A stretch of DNA of 63,741 nucleotides, filler included, from Hausera hauseri (lineage: Eukaryota): the NCBI GenBank assembly GCA_046269625.1. It is 11 parts of 11 records of this genome, joined end to end, with 100 filler letters (N's around TTAATTAATTAA, not from the genome) between each part and the next. Parts side by side here need not be neighbours in the genome. Positions count along the whole stretch, not along the records: positions 48,004 to 54,830 come from JBJURY010061662.1; positions 54,931 to 59,394 come from JBJURY010567673.1; 9 more parts are not named here. One strand, given 5' to 3'. The translations under genes and the position numbers were made by a program. Shown piece after piece: positions 49,001 to 59,494 of this stretch; within the stretch, counting starts at the first letter, position 1, and every line of letters begins with the position of its first letter. Below the pieces are notes generated by a model that was given only the letters and a program-made list of their open reading frames with translations, did not search any database and was not told where the DNA came from.

Positions 49001-52000
49001 CATGCATTGCGTCTCGCGCGTACATGTGGAGCAAGGGCAATATCATCAGCAGATGTATAAATATTACTCCGTTGGCACAGACTCATATTTATGCCAAAAG
49101 TGCGGTAGTATTTCGGCCCCTTGTCCATACCCCGACTTTTATGCGATGCACAAGCATAATCTTGGCCCGTTTACGCGTGCAAAGAAGATGATGATTGTGC
49201 ATTACCCCACATATTCATGATACTGTAGTAGTAGAATGCATGACGTTGATGGTTGCCATAATGTAATGGATCAGTACTCTTGAGCCACAACCGTGCACGG
49301 TAAACGGGCATACGTTTGGCCCGGTTGCTGGATAGTTGATGAAATCAACTATGAACAATTTTATAACCAGCACGAGGTCAACTTGAATCCGTTTCAGCGG
49401 TCCAAAAAGGAAATAATGATGGTGACAAGAAAAATTAGTATGCCCTCAACAAGCAGGAAACGTCAGGCCTCAACAAGTCTTGACAACTTAATCCGTAACA
49501 GTACCGAACAGCAGCAGACGCACCAGCAGGAATCTTCCATTACTGTCAAGTACGATCTAAACAAATCGTACGTGGATATGAAAGTAAACATGTCGAGGAC
49601 AACAATACTACGGTTGATGCATGTTGCGTCCAGTGTGCGCAGCCGATTGGAATTAGAGTTGGAGAAATTCAAACGCAACAACTGCAAAGTGCAAAATTAT
49701 GCACTTGCAGATTTTTCAAACGTTGAAGGTGACAGGAAATAATGGTACGTGTCACATCAAGCCGTACTGTAAACGGAAGATGTTATCGCCGATGTACGCG
49801 AAAAGTTGGATGAGAATATCGCCAACTATACCGAAAAAGGTAGTGTATGGCAAATTATACAAATTGCCAAACTCGACTTTATCATAACAAAGTTAAGTGA
49901 GGTGGTATTTTTGTCTGAATGGTCTTTCATACCGACACCTGCATCTCTAAATCAGTCTCTGGCGGTAGTGAATGTACAAAATACTGACTACGAATATTGT
50001 TTTATGTAGAGTATTCTAGCTGTATTGAAGTACAGCGAAGTGAACAAATATAATGCAAATCGTCCAAATCAGTATCGGCTGTATTTTTCCGCATTGCAAT
50101 TGGATGAATGCTGGATGCCGATGAAACTGAAAACCATTCCGGCTTTCGAACGGCGTAATGTGGCGCTGTCATCAACGTTTTTCGGTTCAACACAATAATT
50201 GAAATAGCGGAAAACGAAGAAATTTATAAGAAACCCCAGGTGGACATAATTTATCGCAGTAGAAACCCTATTTGACGCTCGGTAAATTTGTTGCTGTTGG
50301 AGCAGGCCAAAAATTATTATTACGTGGCGGTGACAAATCTGGATAGACTGTTGAACATGGAGCATGACCAGTTCATCAAAAAGCGAATATGATGCAAATG
50401 GTGTCCCGTATGTCTGCATGGATTCAGATTGGAAACAACGTGGGGGAAACATGTCACGCTATGCAGACAAAACGCATCATAGTCAACAATGTACATCATA
50501 CCCGTCAAAAGGAGCTCATATTCAGTGATTGGTCTAAAACGGACAGTCCGGCATATGTGGTGTATGCCGATATTGAAGCGATTCTACCACGGCACAACAT
50601 ATACGATCAAAAGCACGTTCCAATTGCCGTCGGTATGTTGCTAGAATCAATAAAAGCTGCCGAAAAACCGCAGTATTACGTTTTCCATGGTTGGAACTAT
50701 GTACGTGATTTCCTGCAGTTGGAAAGCATAGTGGAAACGGAAATTGCGCCGTAGTATCGCAACAATCGAAATAAGCCATTGATTTGGGCAGACGAATATC
50801 AACCGTTGCTTTTTGCTGTCACTGATGAATGCCATCTGTGCCACAAAATAATACCGTTTGATGCACAGGAACGGCTCGTACCGGATCGCGACCACTTCAC
50901 CGGTCGATACTTGGGAGCAGCATGCAAGTGCGACCATTCCTGCCGGTGACCTTTCATAATTTCTGAGGTTATGACCGTCAACATATTCTCAAATTGGCCA
51001 TTAATAGATTTCTCCACTGGGAACTATCAGCAATCCCAACAACAATGGAGAAATACCTATCCCTGTCAGCACGCATAAACCGGTTCTAGCTACGCTTCCT
51101 CGACTCACTGCAATTTCTCAAGAAGTCTTGAGCAAAGCTCGTAAATGCCTTGCCTGATATGCCGGTAGCACTGACTCAGTTCCCTGCACATATTTCACGC
51201 AGCAAAGGCATATTTCCATATGACTTTGCAACATCACCTGAGCGACTTCGGACAACAGAGGAATCGCAGAAGATGAATATCGGACAGCACAAGAGTCTTG
51301 AACAGAACGGGGCTGTAGAAACACGTTGGATTACATGCTCCAGTATCTTAAACTGGACGTGTACTTATTAGCCAACGTGTTCAAAGCATTTCGGACCAAA
51401 GCGCTGGTGGAAGATAGGTTGGAGCCACTCAACTTTTATTCCATTACGGGAATGAGTTGAGCGTCAGCTCTAATGTCACTAAATCGAGGCGTTAAGCTGC
51501 TGCAAGATCCGGAAAAGCACCAGCTCTTTGATGTTGATATTCATGGCGGCATAACATTTTTCAAAAAGCACCAGGTCAGTACTATCGATACCACATCATT
51601 GCTATATATTGATATTAATATCGTGTACGGCTGGGCGCTTTCGAAACCCTTGCCGTACGGTTCATTTCAACGGGTAGTCAACTAACAAAATCTGGACGAC
51701 ATAATGGTCAACCTACCACCAGCAGACATGGCAGGATCAGTCGGATACCTGATGGAGGTCGATGTTGTGGTACCAGATGAGCTGCATGACGTTTTGGGTG
51801 ATTTACCGGTGGCACCATTTAAGCAATGTCCGCCAGGCCCAAAAGTGAAGAAACTGCTCATGACGAATGAACCGAAGCTGAATTACGTGGTCCATTGCCG
51901 TCTGATACAGTTCTGCATGCAGCTCCGTGTACGCGTAACACAGCTGCATCGTGCAATCCGATTTGCACAGGCCCCCATATTCAAGGCGCACATAGATTGA

Positions 52001-52822
52001 AATTCGTAGAAACGAGCCGCAGCTTGTACAATGTTCGAAAAGGACTGTTACAAGCATAAAAAAATTCCCTGTAGGGAAAAACAGTGGAGAATTTGAAAAA
52101 GCGGCTCAGTCTACGCCTATGCAGCAGCAAAAAGCGGCTGGTTACGTATACCAGCAAGGCGCAGTTTTGGCGGCCAATGCACACTGCCTATGGATTGGTT
52201 GCGGTGCTGTTAAATAGAGAAGTCGGACAAGTGGTATTGGACCTGAGCAAGTTGCAGATGTATCAGCTGCAGTATCTCGACTTTGCACGTTACCGGCAAA
52301 TATTTTATGGCTGCAATATTGACATAATCTCCGTGACACAGACAGTTTTTCCTGTGTCTAAAAACGTCAATCGCAAACAGATACTGCAGCAAATGTAGTC
52401 AGACAGATTATTGAAGACATCCAACTACCCACTGGATCATTTGTTCTACAGCAGCGCGATCATAAATAAAATCGGCTGCTTCAAGGATTAAAGTGAAGGT
52501 TGTATCCGGTATCGGAAATGGATATTCCTATGTCCAAAGTGCTAGTCTTCTGACAAACTGCGGACCGAAAATGTGGGCAAAAGGAGTCAAGTTGAGACAG
52601 ATAAAAATCGGCCACTGTGATTCTCGTCGTATATATAAATCAGCAACAGCAGCAGAAGGAGCACAATCAGTGTCTGTTGTGTCTCAAACCATCATTCGAT
52701 CAATTGAGCACCAGCTGTATACAATAACTAGTGCGAAAGTCGCTTTGTCATGTAACGATGATAAGCAAAAATGGGTGGGGCGAAATAAGAGTTGGGCGCA
52801 TATACATTGGAAGTTGAAATAA
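49001..52822 (+). pseudogene. polB: Protein-primed DNA polymerase B, full span but disrupted
   Basis: YADIEA, RDHFTG, GIFPYDF, YIDINIVYGWALS, AKGV, KVALSCNDDK..HW. Confidence 0.93.
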
Positions 52823-53129
52823 AACACGTTCAGTGGTGTCAGATCAGATCAGATCAGATACAAGCAATTCCATCTGGTCTAGCTATTGTAACAATTATTG
52901 ACAATGATTATCTTTTGTCCATTGTTTTATTTCAATGTTAATAATATACTTTGTTCAATGTCTTTTGTGTTTTGTTTTCGGTTACTTACTTAACCTATTA
53001 TTACTAAGTAAGATAGAAGTAAAAGTAAAACAATAATCTTGTATGAGAAAACAAAATATGTAACACGAATGCATTTATTTATTGATCGCAGAAAAACTAA
53101 AATCACAAAAACACACAAAGTAAGTCAGC

Positions 53130-53566
53130 TAAATCATAGTAAACTTCCCCATTTCTCACATCGAGGATTTGGTGCCTCTACTTTCTTTCAATCCTTTGAG
53201 CTTCAGTGTCAGGTAGCCTTTAGCTCCTTCCGGTGGCAAAACTTCTGCTGTTTCTCCACTATGTGAACTGACAATTTTTGCCATATTTCCTTTGAGAAAA
53301 ATCAACGATGTATCTCGGATATCGTTACTCAACACCAAATCACTGTCAACTTTTCAAATGGTGTCTTCTATTGTGTCCAAATCATAGTCTGATCTTTTTC
53401 ACCAATAGACCACATTTCACCGGTTTGACTTTGAGGTTTGCGTCAATGGCAATTGAATGTTGTATCCATTATACAACCAGCAATTTCCGAACAAATATTC
53501 GCTGTACCGTGGCTTTTTTGAGAGACTCGCGGAACTGCCACCTGCTGAATTGTTTTCCAAAGACAT
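53130..53566 (-). pseudogene. Small conserved element ORF (possibly OB-fold/SSB-like)
   Basis: Homolog of 13341-13635; the fold guess from the C-terminal PEGAKGYLTLKLKGL pattern is speculative. Confidence 0.55.
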
Positions 53567-53717
53567 GGTTTAAAGAAGACAAACGTGAAATGAAATTTTA
53601 TCCATATTTATGTCAAATTTGTTCATACCGGTTTGTTTTCATTGCAAACAATACATATTTAGTTTGTGAGTATTGTCTAATATCACAATAATACAAATTA
53701 CCTCCATGTTACTGAAG

Positions 53718-54179
53718 TCATTCATAATAAATGTGTACAATTCCCATTATAACATATTTACATTGTGGACATTGGTGAGTTACTTTGGTGGTGGTGTTTG
53801 AACAAATTTGACAAACAACCAGATGGCCACACATTAAGAATACCGTATCCACTTTTCTTTGTTTACATAGTACATACATAAACTGACAGTTTGGTACTTT
53901 GTCCATTATTTTCGCTTTCGGGTTTTTTAATTCACCGCGTACCTTTCCAACCGTATTGAAGTAATTTGTATCATACAATCGGTGAATGTACATTTGAGTT
54001 AACACAATAATTACATTTTCTATAGAGCTGCAATCCGTTGTTGTTGCCTTCATCAATGCTATTGACACTAAATCTTCTTTAAATCCAAAATAACTCGCTG
54101 CTGTCGCAACCAGCTCACTATCAAGTACTTGCCACCATCGTACCAAGTTGGAAATTAATAATCCATCAAAATTTTGCAA
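53718..54179 (-). CDS. IAP-type C-terminal RING E3 ligase with UBA-like segment, no BIR
   Basis: LCKQRKVDTVFLMCGHLVVCQIC...CPQCK..IMGIVHIY at the C-terminus (first Cys appears substituted); LVATAASYFGFKEDLV is UBA-like. Confidence 0.75.
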   Translation of the reverse strand: MQNFDGLLISNLVRWWQVLDSELVATAASYFGFKEDLVSIALMKATTTDCSSIENVIIVLTQMYIHRLYDTNYFNTVGKVRGELKNPKAKIMDKVPNCQFMYVLCKQRKVDTVFLMCGHLVVCQICSNTTTKVTHQCPQCKYVIMGIVHIYYE

Positions 54180-54353
54180 GTGTTTCAGTTGTTTAACTAT
54201 TTCCCTGATGATTATTATTATTTCCTTCCCGTATTTATAGTTTTTGAATTATTCAACTGACTAATACGGCGGACCTTATTTACAGAGAGAAAAAAAGAAA
54301 CAGAGAAACACATTTATTTATATGCATAAAATATAGTCATTACAAAGTCGTAG

Positions 54354-54830
54354 TCATTTTTTGTAAGCACGGTTCGGTCCACGTACACGATACGGATATC
54401 TAATATTGTCAGGTACCATCGTCAGCGAGCTGTTCGATGTTGAATACATCGTCATCCGCAACTTGGGAAAGTGTGAATGTAGTTGGGTAAACTTTTGTCC
54501 GTCAATTTGACCTTTAATATAAAATATTGTATTTCCCGTATCAAAACGATCACAAATGTCTCGCATGATACATGATACGCAAAACTTTGAATTGCCTTCG
54601 TGCCAACAAAGTCCATGATGACGTCGTATGAGATATCCATTGGCAATTTTCGCCTCTTCTGTCAACTGATTCCACATAACGACGGGCTTGAATACGTGCA
54701 CAAGCGGTTTGAAAATATTACCGACGTCCATAATGCATAATTCCTTTATTATGTACCAGGCATTATCATCTTGGAAAGCTTCGACTAGTGATAAAATGGC
54801 GGTTCTGTCCCACCCCGGGGTGTGCGAATC
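54354..54830 (-). CDS. Maverick-associated DEDD/DnaQ-like nuclease-fold protein
   Basis: Frame extends upstream of the ORF call: VEAFQDDNAWYIIKELCI..HVFKP..WNQL..AKIANGYL..HHGLCWHEG..YIKG. Confidence 0.5.
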   Translation of the reverse strand, partial: DSHTPGWDRTAILSLVEAFQDDNAWYIIKELCIMDVGNIFKPLVHVFKPVVMWNQLTEEAKIANGYLIRRHHGLCWHEGNSKFCVSCIMRDICDRFDTGNTIFYIKGQIDGQKFTQLHSHFPKLRMTMYSTSNSSLTMVPDNIRYPYRVRGPNRAYKK

Positions 54831-55109
54831 NNNNNNNNNNNNNNNNNNNNNNNNNNNNNNNNNNNNNNNNNNNNTTAATTAATTAANNNNNNNNNNNNNN
54901 NNNNNNNNNNNNNNNNNNNNNNNNNNNNNNAACTCCGTATGACTCATAAGTACTGCTGAAATCTGCACTTTCTGGCGGCAAAAAAAACCGACAGGGCTAT
55001 CCTGAACGGTTATCCCGACAACCACCTGCGTACTTATGTGCCTGCCTTACACTATTCTTTTTTTACCATAAGGACACAACTACTTTTTCTTCATTTCCTG
55101 TACCGCCCA

Positions 55110-55430
55110 GGAAATTACACAACTTCCGGTCGTACCGGAAGTGACGCCATTCTTGTGCAAATTTCACAATTTCCGGTGAAAATTGCGTAATTAACCTCTC
55201 CGGATATGATGCAATTTTTTCCGTTTTATCCCTGAAGTTACGCAATTTTTGCCGGAAGTGACACAAATTGTACCCGGAAGTGACGCAATTCCTGCACAAA
55301 TTGCACAATTTCGGCTGAAAAATGCGTAATTTCCTTTGGATGTGACGCAATTTTCACCGGAAGTGACGCAATTCTACACCGGAAGTTACGCAATTGGGGG
55401 GTGGCCCAGAACTGGCAGTTTTATACTACT
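55110..55430. repeat. Probable Maverick terminal inverted repeat with a CCGGAAGTGACGCAATT array, ending ...TATACTACT
   Basis: About 8 direct and a few inverted motif copies; reverse complement of the end is AGTAGTATA, the typical Polinton 5' terminus. Confidence 0.65.
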
Positions 55431-55641
55431 CACCTGCTATAATACTCAGTGTGCATCCAAACAATTGTCTAAGTCTGCAACTCAACGTACTGTAGCATGT
55501 ACATTCGTAATTTACTTAAATCACATATATTGGGCGATCAAGATATGCAACGTCTTTGTTCAAGAGAACCAATACAATATTGTCATCGATTAACCCCGAC
55601 TTATTGAACTGTATTTTACTTGTATATGTAACTAAAGCCTT

Positions 55642-56390
55642 TTACGTGGTACATATGCGTACGTTCACGCGTTTAAATAGATTTTTCACAGTTTTCCCAT
55701 AAAACGAATTATTTTTCAATTTATAATAATTCTTGTCACACTTGGTTGACGCCATTGATCGCTTTTTGGAATTCAGATCAGTGTAGGTTTTGAAGCAGCA
55801 TGTTTGGAAAAATTGAACTGCTCTATGCACTCTTGTAAACACTGCTTCCAATTTTACAAAAAATTGCAAAAGTCTCCAATGGATGATATAATTTGTTTTA
55901 TTTTCATGTGTCAACAATAGTTTCTCAACTTTTGATCCCGGTGGACATTTCTTCTCAGGGGCTAAAGGAAAATCATCAACTGCATCATGAATATGTGGAG
56001 GTATAACGATATCAACCTCGAGTACATAACCAATATGACTCTTTTCAGTATCTACTTCCATTAACTCATTTAGAATCGATTGCAAACGGTGTTCATTAAA
56101 TACCCACTCAAATCCTTCATGCGGCAACGGTTGTGATAATGCCCATCCATATAAGTTGTTAACGTCTAAGTATATCAGTGACGAGTCCTCCGAGGCCTGT
56201 ACATGATGTTTATTGACAAAGGTTATACCACCTCGGATTCCATATTCAAAAAATCTGTACATTTCCGGATCCTGTAACAAATCTAGATTTACGTCTAAAG
56301 TTCGTAATGCACTGTTCCATGACATATGGGGAAGAGTTATGAAATTAAGAGGATCGAATCCATCATCATCCAGAGTTCTTTGACAGAAGC
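55642..56390 (-). pseudogene. polB: pPolB internal fragment (motif A to motif B)
   Basis: GIRGGIT, YLDVNNLYGWALSQPLP, KLKNNSFYGKT. Confidence 0.92.
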
Positions 56391-56968
56391 TGGTGACTAT
56401 AAAACCAAATAATGCTTCATATTAATTATTTGATTTCTTTTTTAAATAGAGCATTTAGGATGTTTTAAGTTGAATTTAGTTGCTGCTTTTTCTAATCAAC
56501 GATTAAAATTTAAGTTTTTAGTATAAAAATATTTAATTTAGCAGATTAATTAATTAATTAATTCATTAAATCAAACAGCATTTTTATTTCATTTATGACA
56601 TCTTGTCTTTCTAAATTTAAATTTCAGAGAGTAAAAATGAAATCGTAACCTATTTCATTTTTACACAATTATGTGTATTTTTGTTTGACTACGCTTATTC
56701 ACAACTAATTTCCGTTACTTCGTTCATTTAGAAATGTCCAACCAATAATAGGTTCATGATCTTTTTGGATATCACATAAGTGCTTTTGTGTAACTGTCCA
56801 ATACCTGTTTTAAGAAATCACGATTTCAAGTTTCATTTTAGAAATAATCTACTATATAATTTTATTTGCTGTGGCACACCCACTTTATAAATCAACTTGA
56901 AAACGTACTCATGTTGTTTTTTGATATGCTCAAATTTTCACGTTTTATTCTAATATTTTATTTTAGAA

Positions 56969-57487
56969 ATGATTGAAATCACATCAAATAAATTTCTGAA
57001 AAATTTTAAATCCCTTATTATTACAAATGACAAAGAATCACTCATTGAAATCCTAACGAATGATGAAATGTCTAATAATCTGTTACAGAATTCCATGGAT
57101 GCATTGTCCATTATTTGTGAAGAGGTTTCCGAAACGTCGATTGATTTTACCAATAAAGAGGAAGATGTTATCTGTAAAATACTGAAATTTCTTGCAATAA
57201 GTGGAAATTGTAAAGAAATTTTTTGTATAATAAATTTATATATGGATAAAATCAGAGATGATTTCCTATTTGAAATTTTATTGTACCCATTGAGTATAGC
57301 ATTGCTACGATTGAACGATTCGTTATCATCGAAAATCATTGGCAAAGAATCATTAACATGTTCCATTGGACATATTGAAAGTCTCCCGACAGCACATTAC
57401 AGCGGTTTAGAAGGTGACAAACTCGATGTTTACATTCAAAGTTCGGAAACTCAACGAATTCTCATGCACTACATAATATTTACATAG
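56969..57487 (+). pseudogene. GLMN: Glomulin N-terminal fragment
   Basis: LAISGNCKEIF..DDFLFEILLYPLSIALLRL..HIESLP..YSGLEGD resembles the glomulin N-terminus; truncated. Confidence 0.6.
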
Positions 57488-58259
57488 ACTTTTAACAATG
57501 CGTTTTTTCGGTTCGTTTGTTCGTTCGGTTGCCGTTTTCACCTGGATCCTTTCGTCTGATCGTGAGGCAGCTATAAGGAAATGCTCAACTTTTGATGGGC
57601 TACATGCTCAACCAATTTCCACCGTTGTTTGACTTGTATAAGGGGAAATTTTCCCCGTTTGAAATTTTCCCATCGATTTTTCCCCATGTTCCCATGGTCT
57701 GATTGCGTTGCAACCGTGTCCATTGGATTTGCCAACATCGATTTACCCTTTGTACACATTTTCTCAGTGCTAGCAACATGTTTCTCGTTATGCGTGGTGC
57801 ATTTCATGTTTTGTTTCTTTCTCTTCTAGCGCCTCTCCCTTACATTTCTGTAAGCCGCACCGCTATTAACTTTTTGCTCAGCTCGTCAAGCTCTACAGAT
57901 TTGAGTCGGTCCGATGTTCGAAGCTTTTCCCACGGGGGTGGGGGGAGGTCGTGAGTAAATTTGAAATGTGCGGATTAACCAATCAGATCTTCAGAGATTG
58001 TTTTGATAAGTGGTTACGAGCTGACATTTCTTTGATTATTATTATTTAACTTTACATAATCATGTGTTTTGCGTAACGCGCTACCGTGGGAAAAAATTAT
58101 GATTATTTTCCACGTTACTACGGGAAGGTATTTGGGTCCAAAGTTCAAGGTAGGGCTTGGCCCCACATATCCATCTACCAGTATTCTATACCATGATTTT
58201 CTCCATCACTACTTCATCACTTCAGGTGCTTTTTAACAATCTAAAGCGGGAATTTCTCA

Positions 58260-58579
58260 TCATCCTGGCTGCATTATAAACAGCTTTTCTTTCTCATCTA
58301 GTACATGCTCGCGAAAACTAGAATAATTTACACTACGTATTAAATTCTTCATGAGTTCGTTTAATTCTTCGTTATCGGCACTGAAGGTAGGTATCGACAT
58401 CTGCCTTAATTCTCTAATCAAGTCGCCATTATAGTCGTTTTCTTCACGTATTTTCCGTGGTCTACCAACAGGGCGCTTTTGCCTTGCTCGCTTCGCAGTA
58501 CTAAATTTTTATCATATTGTTCCTTGTCTTCGTCGGTTTGCAAGTATTGGAAATACATTGTTGCGTTTTGGACTTCCAT
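58260..58579 (-). pseudogene. Small AT-hook protein (one frameshift)
   Basis: KRARQKRPVGRPRK at about 58451-58495; not in the ORF track. Confidence 0.5.
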
Positions 58580-58915
58580 GACTCGTCCTACACATTGATC
58601 AGTTTTAGCCTAACGCGCGGCTTCTTTCGTCTCCTCCTTGGCGACTACCGCCACTATACGATTTGTCTCGTCTGGAATAATTCCAGCGTCAATGAATTGT
58701 TCAAATACGTCTAATATTCTGCCTCTAAAATAAAGTTTATAACTTAGTTTGTTTCTGCCATCATTGTTTATTAGCCATTGTTTTACGTCTTTCACAAAAT
58801 GACCTTAGGATTTTATAACATTCTCGCTAGATAATTTTGAGTGGGAATAAGTTGTAACCTATTTTCAGTAATATTTACGTTAATTAATTCGATTAAATTT
58901 TCCGTTAGCGCTGAG

Positions 58916-59260
58916 TCAAGAAGCATTTCCACATTGAGTCTCTGTTTCGCACAGGTGTACAGGAGTTTTCGGATTTTCCGCAACTATTGCATCTAAATAC
59001 GCATCCCATTCTGGATCGTTTTCATTCTCTGGAGGTCCGTAATCAATTATTGGCGTTTCCGTTGGTCGGATTGCATTTACGATCAGTACCGTTTCTCTAA
59101 ATTCGCATAATTTCTGTTGTATTCTAACCATTTGTGTTGTCCGGAAGCAAGGTCCATCTCCAGAAACTTGATTCAATAATGTTAGAAACTGACATAATTC
59201 GTCTGCCCGCATCAATCCCTTTTTTTGGTAATTGGTTGGATCAGTAGCTATCTCTGCCAT
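58916..59260 (-). CDS. Hypothetical protein
   Basis: 114-aa ORF with acidic C-terminal part, co-oriented with neighbouring small ORFs. Confidence 0.4.
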   Translation of the reverse strand: MAEIATDPTNYQKKGLMRADELCQFLTLLNQVSGDGPCFRTTQMVRIQQKLCEFRETVLIVNAIRPTETPIIDYGPPENENDPEWDAYLDAIVAENPKTPVHLCETETQCGNAS

Positions 59261-59494
59261 CTTTGTAAGAATTGTGATTTATTGGCTATTTCTGACTCAG
59301 TCAGAGCGTATTTATTTCTGTATGTTGGCTGCGTGCGCATCCACGCCGTCCACATCGTCGCTCTGCTTGGGGAGGATTGGAAAATCCCCGCCCCNNNNNN
59401 NNNNNNNNNNNNNNNNNNNNNNNNNNNNNNNNNNNNNNTTAATTAATTAANNNNNNNNNNNNNNNNNNNNNNNNNNNNNNNNNNNNNNNNNNNN

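Larger units (their letters stand above)
48004..54830. mobile_element. Polinton/Maverick-like element segment, colinear with 13324-18987
   Basis: Same order in both contigs: unknown ORF, TM ORF, divergent polB, convergent small ORF; this copy continues with RING and nuclease-like genes. Confidence 0.8.
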
